Made by a program: the position numbers and the translations under genes. Positions 1 to 12,199 of a DNA stretch of 64,000 nucleotides are shown here, in pieces (position 1 is the first letter of the stretch; the number at the start of each line of letters is the position of its first letter). A model generated the notes under the pieces. That model saw nothing but the letters and a program-made list of their open reading frames with translations. It was not told where the DNA came from and made no database searches. Origin of the DNA: Camelus ferus (lineage: Eukaryota); NCBI RefSeq assembly GCF_009834535.1, contig NC_045696.1, positions 116,190,001 to 116,254,000 of the forward strand, written 5' to 3'.

Positions 1-44
1 CCAAAAGTTGCAGCGGGTACAGCAAACCCCAGAGCCTCACTCAC

Positions 45-125
45 GGAGAAGGTATTCTGAAGTTGCCACAAAGTACCTAGTATTTCTTGGAAAATTACAG
101 CACATGGTTCAGTTTGGAAAGCTTC
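45..125 (-). other. Candidate 81-bp internal exon (open frame EAFQTEPCAVIFQEILGTLWQLQNTFS), gene not recognised
   Basis: Minus strand: tttcattccatttcttgtattcaaag acceptor and CC|gtgagt donor; length divisible by 3, frame 0 open. The AAG acceptor is weak and no homology is recognised. Confidence 0.25.
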
Positions 126-820
126 CTTTGAATACAAGAAATGGAATGAAAACTTTTACCACCTCAGATTTTCATTCTCCTAGGCACCATCCTTAAATTC
201 AAATCTACCACTAGTCAAAGATTTTATTTTTAATATTCAACCCCATTTCTTAATCTCAGCTGCCATTCAAAACCAAGAATTATTTTAATAGAATAATCAA
301 ATTGCTAATTAGTTTCTGTTATTTACCTAAAGGTAATATTCAGATTAAGCTATTTAGATCATGAGGATTTAAAGTTCATACTCTAACCTTTCAGGATCTT
401 TTTTTTTTTTTAATGTTTCATTATAATGGTTCAAAATCTTAATCTTTTAATCATCAGCTTATTCACTGAAGTCTATTGTTCAAATCTTTTATTCCCAAAT
501 TATTGTTACTAATCCATAAGCAAATGGATAGGATTGAGATAAAATGTGAAAAAAAAAGGAGGAAAGAAACAAACTGTGTTATTCAAATATCAGGTCTAAT
601 TATATAAGTGACATACATACTTAGCAAGGAGGCTCAGTCTAAATTTACAAAATGTTTTGCTGCTCTATCCTGTTAATTATATATTTTAAATATTTAAAAT
701 ACGGGAATGAAGAGAAAGAGGTGAAGTATGACTCCGTTTTAGAATCTGTAAATCTTCCTTTGTCAGAGGAAAGGGTGAAGAGTCATCCAGCATCGAACAC
801 AATCGAATTTTTTATCTTCT

Positions 821-952
821 GGGATGCGGAGGGTATAGCTCAATGGGAGAGTGTGTGCTTAGCAGCATGAGGTCTTGGGTTCAATCCTCAGTACCTCCAT
901 TTAAAAAATAATTAAATAAATAAACCTAATTACCTCTTCCCTACCAAAAAAA
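821..952 (+). mobile_element. tRNA-Ala-derived SINE (Vic-1-like)
   Basis: A/B-box tRNA head gggtatagctca...ggttcaatcctcagtacctcca plus the family tail aataaataaacctaattacctc and an A run. Confidence 0.9.
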
Positions 953-1784
953 GTTTTGATGTTCAATTAGAGTTTCATTTATTAAGAATCTTCAGTCAGT
1001 TTTACTTTTTATGATTATTTTTAACAAACCATAAGATAGGTCCACTTTAAAGTTACTGGTTTCCACCACCACCCCAAACCATAGACTTTAAATGATTGAA
1101 TCCATGAGCCATCCTGCCCACACATGGAATAAAACTCGTTCACATAGGACTGTTTTCTAATTCACACATGTTTAGGCCTTTCTAAATGAGGATAAGATAT
1201 AGTTGGGGCAAATTGTCTCTTTAAACTGTCTATGAAGCCTTCTTACAATAAAATCTAAAATTGGAGCAATGTTGAAATGGAGGACTTTGTGATGAAGAAC
1301 CACTGAAGTCTCTGGACTTCCTATTATAAATGTGGTTCTCTTTCAAGATGAGCTTTGCTTTTTTTTTTTTTTTTTTTTAAATCAAAGCAGGTCCAACAAT
1401 GGAAGACCTACAGATTCTAAAACAGAATCACAGAGAACTAGGCCATGTTAATAGCAAAGCAGTGTAACTGGGTGCATACAAGAGATAGTATTGTTCCTGT
1501 TTCCCACAGTTGATTAAAATAACTCTGTGTGAATGGGGTGGCCTCTCTGAGAGCCACAGACCATTCACAATGCCACATGGACATAGCAGCCATCAAATCT
1601 AGCAAAATCAGGCCTCTCCGACCTGAAGTCCAGAGACTAGCATGGCCAAAGCCATGAGGAGCCTCCTGCAGGTTGTAGCAGTGAGGGGGTCCAGCTCCAC
1701 CACCACCAACTGAGGAATAGCCACCAAAACTCCCCAAGCAGTGCTTCTTCCCCAACTACACTATCACAGTCATCTGAAGGGCTT

Positions 1785-2592
1785 GAAACACATACACATC
1801 GCCGACTCCCACCCTCTGAATTCCTCATTCATTAAGTCTGGGGTGGAATTTGAGAACACATTTCTGATGATACTGTGATCATCCCTTTTATTTACATTTT
1901 TTAATTGATGTATAGTTGGTTTATAATATGTTAATTTCTGGTGTACAGTATAGTGATTCAGTTATATATATATTCCTTTTTATATTCTTTACCATTATGG
2001 TTTGTTACAGGCTATTGAATATAGTTCCCTGTGCTCTACAGTAGGTCCTTGTTGTTTATTTTATATATGGCAATGTGTATCTGCAAATCCTGAGCTCCCA
2101 ATTTATCCCTCACTATTACCAGGGGGACGTATTACCAGTATTCCCCTGGTAACACTGATGCTATTGTTCTTGGGACCACACTTTGAGAACAAAAGTCCCA
2201 GGAAAGTGGCAGGGAAGCAGGAAGCCCAGCATAGCTTTTGAGGGACCAGGGGTTCTCAGCTTTGATGGCAAAATAAAATCACCTGGGGAGGCTTTTAAAC
2301 ATCCTCACACTCAGGCCACAACCCAGACCCCTTAAATCCTAATTAGGGGAGGGGCAGCCCAGACAGCAATCTCTTTTAAAGACCCCCAAGTGATTCTGCC
2401 TGCAGCCAAGGTTGAGACCCAGTGAAGACAAAGACCCTATACCACTGGTTCCCAAACTTGCCTGCACACTGTAATCACCAAGAGAAAAATTTAAACTACT
2501 GGTGCCTGGCCCCCACCCCCAGACATTCTGGACATCGCAATTTTTAAAGTTCCCAGGTGATTCGAATGTGCCACAAAGTTTGGGGGCCACTG
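1785..2592. mobile_element. Cluster of MER5-type hAT-Charlie MITE remnants (first one split by an L1 3' fragment)
   Basis: MER5A-like motifs: gggaccacactttgagaac, aaaatcacctggggag, ccaagtgattctgcc...gttgagacc, aagttcccaggtgattc. Confidence 0.7.
1885..2112 (-). mobile_element. L1 3' end fragment
   Basis: Antisense L1 3'UTR: ttaattgatgtatagttgg...atagttccctgtgctctacagtagg. Confidence 0.85.
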
Positions 2593-3252
2593 GGCCTTGC
2601 CTAACTCAAGTTTTCATATTATAAACAGAGAGAAATTGACCTAAGTCATAAAGTCACCATAATCAAGTAAGAGTTAGGGATGTATTTTTTTCCCTAAATT
2701 CAAGCATTTTCATAATAATTTTTTGTATTAAACCACCACAAATAATTGGAATATAAAGAGGAAAATATATAGATTATCACAGCCACATTTTTTAAAAGCA
2801 AGTTAGAATTAAGATTTTCTATAGGTAGAGTTCATATACAGAGAATTCATCTTTTTAAATGTACAGTTCTATGAGCTTTGACAAATGCAGCCAGCTCCAC
2901 AATCAAGGCATAGAATAGTTCCAGCCCCTTAAAATGTCTTGTGCTCCTTGGAAAGCAGTTTTGATTTGGCAGTATGTCAGGATATTCTGTGCACTGCCTC
3001 CTCTACTCCATCCTCAGTTTGCTGCACAGTTCTTCCTCTCTCCTACTAAAAGGAGGCCCATGAGAGCGTGCTGGGCGGGGAGGGTGCTGGTGGCCATCTG
3101 AGTTGTGCTCAGTATGCTCAGCTGCTCTGGAGACATAGAAGTAGGTACAGAGTCAAAATATAAATTATTATATATGTATCTAATATTAAGATGGAAGTGT
3201 ATCAAGTGTGACTAAATTTTAATCCCCAATGCTACATTTAAAAAGATGTAAA

Positions 3253-4878
3253 TATTTCTTCCTTGGAGAATTGCTTGTTTAGGTCTTCTGCCCATTTTTG
3301 GATTGGGTTGTTTGTTTTCTTCTTATTAAGTCGTATGAACTGCATATATATTCTGGAGATCAAGCCTTTGTCAGTTTCATTTGCAAAAATTTTCTCCCAT
3401 TCCGTAGGTTGTCATTTTTGTTTTATTTATGGTTTCCTTTGCTGTGCAGAAGCTTGTAAGTTTCATTAGGTCCCATTTGTTTATTCTTGCTTTTATTTCT
3501 ATTGCTTGGGTAGACTGTTCTAGGAGAACATTTTTGAGATGTATGTCAGATAACATTTTGCCTATATTTTCTTCTAGGAGGTTTATTGTACTTTGTCTTT
3601 TGTTTAAGTCTTTGATCTATTTTGAGTGTATTTTTGTGTATGGTGTAAGGGAGTGTTCTAGCTTCACTGATTTACATGCTGCTGTCCAGTTTTCACAACA
3701 CCATTTGTTGAAGAGACTGTCTTTATTCCATTGTATATTCTTGCCTTCCTTGTCGAAGATTAGTTGACCAAAAGTTCGTGGGTTCATTTCTGGGCTCTCT
3801 ATTCTGTTCCACTGGTCCATATGTCTGTTTTTGTACCAATACCATGCTGTCTTGATGACTGTAGCTCTATAGTATTGTCTGAAGTCTGGGAGAGTTATTC
3901 CTCCAGCCTCTTTCTTTTTCTTCAGTAATGCTTTGGCAATTCTAGGTCTTTTGTGGTTCCATATAAATTTTATTATGATCAATAGGCACATGAAAAAATG
4001 CTCAGTATCACCTGTTATCAGAAAAATGCAAATCAAAACTACAATGAGGTATCACCTCATACCAGTCAGAATGGCCATCATTCAAAAGTCCACAAATGAC
4101 AAATGCTGGGGAGGCTGCGGAGAAAAGGTAACCCTCCTTCACTGCTGGTGGAAATGTAGTTTGGTGCAGCCACTGTGGAAAACAGTATGGAGATTCCTCA
4201 AAGGACTAGGAATAGACTTACCGTATGACCCAGGAATCCTGCTCCTGGGCATATATCCAGAAGTCATCCTGCTTCAAAATGACACCTGCACCCCAATGTT
4301 CATAGAAGCACTATTTACAATAGCCAAGACATGGAAACAGCCTAAATGTCCATCAACAAATGACTGGATAAAGAAGGAGTGGTATATTTATACAATGGAA
4401 TACTACTCAGCCATAAAAACCGACAACATAACACCATTTGCAGCAACATGGATGCTCCTGGAGAATGTCACTCTAAGTGAAGTAAGCCAGAAGAAGAAAG
4501 AAAAATACCATATGAGATCGCTCATATGTGGAATATAAATAAATAAATAAATACATACATACATACATACATACATACATACATACATACATACAAAACA
4601 GAAACAGACTCATAGACATGGAATACAAACTTGTGGTTGCCAAGGGGGCAGGGGGTGGGAAGGGACAGACTGGGATTTCAAAATGTAGAATAGATAAACA
4701 AGATTTTACTGCGTAGCACAGGGAAATATATACAAGATCTTATGGTAGCTCACAGCGAAAAAAAAAATGTGACAATGAATATATATATGTTCATGTATAA
4801 CTGAAAAATTGTGCTCTACACTGGAATTTGACACAACATTGTAAAATGACTATAACTCAATAAAAATGTTTAAAAAAA
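3253..4878 (+). mobile_element. Young 5'-truncated L1 with 5' inversion (3253-3979 antisense, 3975-4878 sense)
   Basis: ORF2 peptides on both strands ([27 protein letters not shown] on -, [19 protein letters not shown]...CWW on +), followed by an intact 3'UTR and A tail. Confidence 0.95.
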
Positions 4879-4929
4879 TCAACAATACTTCAATTTTTTT
4901 AATGTTTTTAAAAAATTTTTGAATAGGCA

Positions 4930-5485
4930 GAATATTTAATTCAGTCAAGTACAGTATGAAGGACTTCTTTGGATACTAATTCAAACAAACTTTAAAATGT
5001 ATGATATTAACATGAATACTGTAAACGTAAAAAGTGGAGATATCTAATTGAAATTTAGATACAGGAATTTAAGGAATCAGTGCTATTTCATCAGTATGGT
5101 AATGGTATTATAGTTTCATTTTTTAAAAGAGGGGCTTATCTTTTAGAGCTATTTACTGAGATATTTATCGATGGGGTATAGGACATCAGAGAATTGCTTC
5201 AAAATAATACAATTATGGTGAAAGCAGGGGTGGGGGGGCGAGTAGAGGAGAACATAGATCGGCCATAAATTAAGAGTTGTCAGCTCTGGATGGTAGACAT
5301 GGAAGGATTCATCGTGCTGTTTGGTCTACTTTTTATGTGGTTGAAATGTGCCACGATAAAAAGTTCACAACAAAAATAAAAGGCAAGAAGGATTTGTATA
5401 CTGATGTTCACAACAGCATTATTGATAAGAACCTTAAGCTGGAAAAAAATGCGTTAATTGGTGAATGGATAAACGAAATGTGGTC
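4930..5485 (+). mobile_element. Ancient L1M(C/E) 3' fragments
   Basis: Degenerate L1ME-like 3' text (ttgcttcaaaataatac...gttgaaatgtgccacgataaaaag; gatgttcacaacagcattatt). Confidence 0.6.
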
Positions 5486-6047
5486 TGTCCTCTCTCTGTG
5501 CCTACAGTGGCCCAATCAATATGGCTTGACTACCCAGAATAGCATCGTCCATGAGCTCTCACGCAAAGACTGAAGTGGAAAGATTCTAGGCAGAGCTACC
5601 TGCTCAAAACCCAGTTCCCGCTGTGCTCAGCATAGTATCCACCAACATTTCATGCACTGAATGGTGGAAAGAGCACTTCTGGAACTCTGGCATATGGACA
5701 GTCTTAGGTCCTCCAGCATCCTATATTTAAAGGTATTTTGTGTGATGTTGCTTTATAACCTCTTCTTTTACACTGAAAAGTTGATGTTGCAAATCCCGTT
5801 TCCTTAAATCCCTGGGCAATCCTGGATTATGCAGACAAGCTGAAAAACTCTTAGGCATTACCTGGATATCTAAATAACTTCATCAATAACAAAATAAAAG
5901 ACCTTGAAAGGAGAAGTTATTTAGGGGGATTTCAGAGAGCATTAGGGGAGCCATTTTATTGTGAGGATGGGAGTTCTCAGAACCTCTCAAAAAACCAAAG
6001 GTAGGCTAGGAAATGTTAATACACAAGGTTTCCAGAAAAAAAAGGAA

Positions 6048-6188
6048 GGGGGAGGGTATAGCTCAAGTGGTAGAGTGCATGCTTAGCATGCACAAGGTCC
6101 TGGGTTCAATCCCCAGCACTTCCTCCAAATAGAAATAAATAAATAAACCTAATTACCTCCCCCTCATAAAACAAACAAAACAAAAAAC
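6048..6188 (+). mobile_element. Vic-1-like SINE
   Basis: tRNA-Ala-like head plus aaacctaattacctcccc tail. Confidence 0.92.
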
Positions 6189-7751
6189 ATGGTTAATAAA
6201 TACATATTTCCTTAGGCATATTCTTTGGAACTGTCTTCTCTCTAAATACCATCAGCAATGCCAATGGGAACATACAGAATCAATCAGCGGGGCCATATCT
6301 GCTTAGATTCATGTTTAAATGAGGTCATAAATATGGCAGAGGGTAGGTTTTAAGTTTGTAATATACGCAGAAATAGATACATCTTTAAAAATCAAACCCC
6401 TACATCAGTATCTATTTATAAAACTGTGTAAGGGGCATTTAATATTATATCTCAACAAGCATGCTCCCTCGTGAGTACAAAGGCAAGTTCAACTCGGTTT
6501 CTGCCGTGCAGTTGCCCGTTTTCCAGACACAGAAGTTCAGGGACATTCCAGGGTTATTTCCATTGCGTTGCAAAATTCAATCAAACAACCTCACACCTGC
6601 CCAATACACCAACATTAACCAAAATGATTAAACAAAGCTCCTTACTCTCATATTAACAGAGGACACATAGAGCTACTTCTGGTTTCCTGGTCAGGGTAGG
6701 TCAGGCTAGGTTAGCAGCTTCCAGAAAACACACAAAAAGGCAGGTCAGAGACCAAGATGGCCAAGGCCTGGGATCTAAATACTTTCAAAGAATCTGCTTG
6801 TCCTTTGCTCTGATTACCAAGTTTAGGAGTTGATCAGCTATTCTTTCTTCAATTTCGAAATAACCACTCCCTCTACATCATCCTTCCTTGAAATTAATTA
6901 TTGGTTCTGCATATTTTAATAAGGTGAAGATAGGTTTTTGTTTTGGAGACCAGATTAAGAATTTTGCCATCTACTTTCAGATAATTAGAGGCGCCCCAGA
7001 GTGCTGGAACTTACCGCTTGAGGACTGTTCTCAGTCAACAATAAACGTGGTATAGGGGGTTGTTTCTTAGTAGGAAACTGCTGTCAACAAACTCATAGGG
7101 TCCTGTCATCAAGGCTCTACACAGGAGGTAAAACGACAGATAATACTGCCTAGCTACATTCCCCTAAGAACAGTTAAAGGGTAACTTTTCTGCCCTCTGC
7201 TTGCAACAACTCTGCATGTTAAACAAATGCAGCTTCTCTCCAAAAAAAGGTATTTTTCCTGTAAGTGAATATGAAGACATCCATAGTGAAACTACACAAG
7301 CCCTGTACACAAGGGTCAGTAGGAGCTAGTTAACATGCAAACATCAACATTTAAGTAAGATGGAAGCTACTTAGGCCAAATCCAGAAATGACCTTCTAAA
7401 CCCAAGCATGTTCATTCATTATCTCACAGAGACATACGTTACAAGTTATATGGCAGCCATAGTTTTAATGTGAAATGAAAAAGATAAATATGTGAATCTG
7501 AATAGATGTTCTGGGATTTTAGTGTGCAAAGGGGCCTAGGTGCAGCTGAAAACCTCCAGTGCGCTTGGAATTTCACCTTGGTGTACATAAACCTGTCACT
7601 TCTGTAAAGAGGGCAGCCTGCTCTCGTACGTTGATATGGACAAGCACAAAGTGGAAGTTGCTCTATTTGGGTGCAGTAATATAAATAGAACTTGTAACTG
7701 TGTCAACCCAGAATGGTCATGCAGTGGGAAGCAATTTGAAATAGCAACCTG

Positions 7752-7918
7752 GTGGGAGGGTATAGCTCAGTGGTAGAGCGTGTGCTTAGCATGCATGAGG
7801 TCCTGGGTTCAATCCCCAGTACCTCCATTACAATAATAAATAAATAAACCTAATTACCTTCCCGCCAAAAGTAAAAAATAAATAAAATTAAATATAAAAT
7901 AAAATTTTAAAAATATGC
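7752..7918 (+). mobile_element. Vic-1-like SINE with target-site duplication
   Basis: Head and tail present; TSD tgaaatagcaacctg (7737-7751) / tgaaatggcaacctg (7919-7933). Confidence 0.95.
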
Positions 7919-8028
7919 TGAAATGGCAACCTGTATGCTTTGCTCAAATAGAAATTAATCTAAATATGGAGATGAGCCAGTTGTGTCAGTAAAATACCTG
8001 GTAAGGAGGACTTAAGGTTAATCAAACC

Positions 8029-8531
8029 TGTGGCGGATTTAAAATGTTAGTAATTTCACTGAAACGCCTCCCTTCAAAAGTTAGAGCCTAATTCTCCACC
8101 ACTTGTACGTGGTGACTTGCTTATGACAGAATGTTGTAGAAATAACACCATGTTAATTCTGTGGCCAAGTCATAGAAAGGATGGCTTCTACCTGGCTCTC
8201 TTTCTGCCTTGGGTTACTCCCTCTGGGGGAAGTCAGCCACCATGTAATAAGGGCACTCAAGCAGCTTTGTGGAAAAACCCACGTAGAGAGAAACTGAGGC
8301 CCGCCAGCCTTATGAGCAAGCCACCTTGAAGGTAATCCTTCAGCCCCGGTCAAGCTTCTCATAACTACAGAGCCAGCCAACTTGGTCGTGAGAGGCCAAG
8401 TTGAAACATCCCAGCTAAATGACTCCTGAATTCTCGACCCACAGGAAGAGTGAGACAGAAAAATACTTAATGCTGTTTTAAGCCCCTAGGTCTAGGGGTA
8501 ACTTGTAATACAGTAACAGATAATTAATACA
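8029..8531 (+). mobile_element. MLT1 (ERVL-MaLR) solo LTR
   Basis: TG...CA ends; typical MLT1 3' end tgctgttttaagccc...gtaacttgtaatacagtaacagataattaataca. Confidence 0.8.
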
Positions 8532-9319
8532 GTAGTTTTGGTGGTTTTTTAAAATCAAGTCTTGCTTAATTATTGGGTATTGATGTGCTTCCAACACTGA
8601 GCACCCTTACAGATGGCCACCTCATCTCCCATGCACCCTGCTGAAATGCAGACCCCAAGAGAACTTCACAGTTGACCTCAAATACTCTACTAGAACCATC
8701 TCTCTTAGAGTAGAAATTGCTGTTTTAATCACAAAAAAGCAAGGAAAGTGTGGTCAAGTCTTCCACATAAGTCCTTCAGTGGTTCCTCCATCACCCTCAG
8801 GATAAAATCTGCGATTTAGCACAACGTAGCCCCACCAAAAATCTCAAGTTTTATTTTCTGTCTTTCCTCCCCTCAGATGTTATATTTCACAAAATTAAAT
8901 TAATTATACCACTTAACACATAAAATTAGTCAGCAACCATTGTGAAGGAAGTTACTACGGTCAAAAAACGAAGGATTGTGAGCAATCCTGACTAGCATGG
9001 CCACGGAGATAGATCTATCACTGTGTTTGGGTTATTTTTCAACTGTAAGTTTTAGAGAGCTGATGGTTATGGAAATGTTTCTTGCCTATACAAATGCAGA
9101 TGAATTATGTCCAGTGAAGATGCAGTTGATAATTCTCCTTTTGATACTGACCAATTTTGCATCTATTTGTAAATTCATCTCACAACTCCTCATTGCTTAT
9201 ATCCACATGGGTTTTAATTCTCTTTTCAATCAGTGTTGATATCTCACTGACTCCCTCATTATTTAGGGAGATAAATAAAATCTTTAACATGTGTTTATTT
9301 TATATTTTTATGAGACCTA

Positions 9320-9875
9320 TGATTTTTACCTCTTTGAAGATACAATTGACATACAACATGATATAAGCTTAAGATGTACAACACACTGATTTGCTATACA
9401 AATACATTGTGAAATAATTGCCCCGATAAGTTTAGTTAACATCCATCGCCGCACATAAATCTTTTTCTTGTGATGATGATGTTTTAAATCTACTATCTTA
9501 GCAACTTTCAAACGTACAACACAGTATTGTTAACTGTAATCACCATGCTGTCCATTACATCCCAAGGATACATTTATATTACAACTGGAACTTTGTACCT
9601 TTCAATTACCTTCACCTACTTTGCCCACCCCTTATTCCCTGCCTCTGGCAATCATTAATCTGTTCTTTCTGTCCGTGGATTTAGGATTTTTTTAGATTCC
9701 ATACAGAAGTGAGATCATACAGTATTTGAGATCATGAAGTATTTGTCTCACTCTGTCTGACTTACCTCACTTAGCATAATGCCCTCAAGGTCCATGAATG
9801 TTTTTGCAAGTGGCAGGATTTTCTTATTTTTATGGCTGACTAGTATTCCATATGGATATGGATAAAGACGATGTG

Positions 9876-9921
<46 letters not shown>

Positions 9922-10387
9922 TTAGAGATAGATATCCTTTATCCATTCATCCAATGATGGGCACTTAGATTGTTTCCATGTCTTGGCTATTGCAAACAAT
10001 GCTGCAATGAATATGGGGGTGCAGGTATCTTTTCCAGATAGAGATTTTGTTTCCTTCAGGTAATTACCTAGAAATAGAACTGCTGAATCTTATGATAGTT
10101 CTACTTCTAACTTTTTAAGGAAACTCCCTACTGTTTTCCATAGTAGTTGCCCCAATTTAAATCTTACCCACAGTGCATCAGTGTTCCCTCTTCTCCACAT
10201 TCTTACCACTACTTGTTATTTCTTGTCTCTTTTATAATAGCCATTTTTACAGGTGCGAGGCAGTATCTCATTATGGTTTTGATTTGTATTTCCCTGATGA
10301 TTAGTGATGTTGAGCAAATTTTCGCATACCTGATAGCCATTTGTATGTCTTCTTTGAAAAAATGTTTGTTGTTTGCCTATTTTTAAT
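9320..10387 (-). mobile_element. L1 3' portion (left part of a split element), containing a (GATA)n tract
   Basis: Antisense L1 3'UTR and ORF2 end; (GATA)n at ~9876-9925. Confidence 0.9.
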
Positions 10388-11065
10388 ATAAAAAGAGATG
10401 TATTGAGATGCTAGACTCATGTGGTAATTGAACATGATTGGGCATTCAATGATACAGGGGTCAGGTGTGAACTGAGGTGAGCAGCACAGAGATCTAACTT
10501 GAGATTTCCTCGTGCAACAGGAAACAGCCCAGTCTGCCCACTGGCCATTGTGCTTTGAAATGCTTTTCCAGTGGAAGGCTGCGACTGCAGTGTTCAGAAG
10601 ACATGCTCTGGCCTCTTGGAACCAGGAGTCCTTTATATAAAACCTGCCATCCAGAAGGTGAACAACAGATACCCTTGGGGGCATTTTAGTGGTTCTCAGG
10701 GGAGTCATCAATTGCCACCTTCCTCAGGCTTTACCTGCAGTCACAAGAGGACATCTCCACCAGCAATCAACCAAGAAGCGTCGGTCTCAGAGTCACTTCA
10801 AGCCTGGCTTTGATGTCATGCACCAAGTGCTTGCTAATCTAAGACTTGTACGGAGACCACAGAAGCCTGAAGTTGGGAACACCCTAACAAAACTGAACTA
10901 TATTTTCCAAAGACATTCTTACAGCACTGGAAATAATTTACAACAAAGCTACGGAAACTGTACTCCCCGGATACATCTGTTAAATTAAAAACATCACTTC
11001 GGGTTAGTGTACAGAGTTACGTATATTGGATTCCAGCTATCTCTCCCTTAAATCACAAGCATCAT

Positions 11066-11066
<1 letters not shown>

Positions 11067-11111
<45 letters not shown>
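11067..11111 (+). repeat. (CA)n microsatellite
   Basis: Perfect CA run. Confidence 0.95.
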
Positions 11112-11113
<2 letters not shown>

Positions 11114-11785
11114 CAATATGCTGCAAACCAACAGGCATACCCACAACTGGAGGATTTCTCCTCCACTGGTGGGCTGCCTCCCCTCAGGTGTCGGGGCCAG
11201 AGGCCGCCTGGTCCTTGTGTCTCTATCCATTAACTTCTGTCTATACCTCAGGTCTAAAGTGTTTTCTTCTGAACCCAGGTTCCCCATGTCGTGCAAACTG
11301 CACGCTACCTTGACTTCCCACGTGGTCAGTGTCCACCGTCCTTCTTCACGAGCAATGTGAGCGTTCAAGCACTGGGTGGTAGCCAGCCTGGGTTGCTCTG
11401 AAGGCTGGGGTGGGAGTAGGGGGTGGGTAGGGAGATAGACTAAAGAGGCTGGCCTGCTGGCCCCCAGGACACACTCTTTCCTTCCAAAGTGAAAGACAGC
11501 AGGGAAATGCCTGCAAAGGGTAGGTTTTCCTTAGGGACCATCAGGAGGCTGGGCGAGCATCCCCCTGCTCCCCCATCTCTCCATCCCCACCTCTAGAGGC
11601 TGAGGCTGGTGCGAAGTCATCCCACAGTTCGGGGAAGGTGGGGCGAGGCAGGGGCTGGACTCCACCCTCCCTCTCCACCTCCGCTCCTGGTTCCACCAGG
11701 AAGCCAGCTCAGACAGTTCTCAGGAAAGCTACCACCAGGCTCTCTGCCTGGGCACCAGCATCACCAAAAGCTCTCTGCCTGCACT

Positions 11786-12002
11786 TCTACTCATTTTTAA
11801 ATCATTTTTGGCTTTTTTTCCTATTGAGTTGCAAGCTCTCTATATATTTTAGATATTAACCCCTTATCGGATATATGACTAGCAAATCTTTCCTCCCATT
11901 CCATAGGTGGGTCTTTCACTCTGTGGGTGATTTCCTTAGCTGCACAGAGTTCTTCAGTTTGTTTATTTTTGCTTTTGTTGCATTTGCTTTTGGCATCAAA
12001 TC
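11786..12002 (-). mobile_element. L1 ORF2 fragment (continuation of 9320-10387)
   Basis: Resumes in register with the L1 text that stops at 10387 (catttttaa...ctattgagttgcaag...gatattaacccc). Confidence 0.85.
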
Positions 12003-12199
12003 TAAAAAAAAAAAAATCATTGTACTAGGGCTACAGATTTTGATTAGATACTCATTTTATTTTCACAAGTTTACGAAAGCTGAGATAAAGAATGTTTGAA
12101 CAACTGGCCCGATGTCATCCATGCTGGGTACAGCAGACAAGTATTCGAACCCAGTTCTATTTCGGTCCACAGTTCATGCTCTTACTCATCACTGTGTTA

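Noticed and set aside
3933..4538. 201-aa ORF (and 3617-4036) as host genes
   Set aside because: These are L1 ORF2 C-terminal fragments fused across the inversion junction.
7755..7827. tRNA-Ala(AGC) gene
   Set aside because: It is very close to tRNA-Ala, but it carries the SINE tail, an A-rich end and a TSD, and has eight diverged siblings in the window. It is a SINE.
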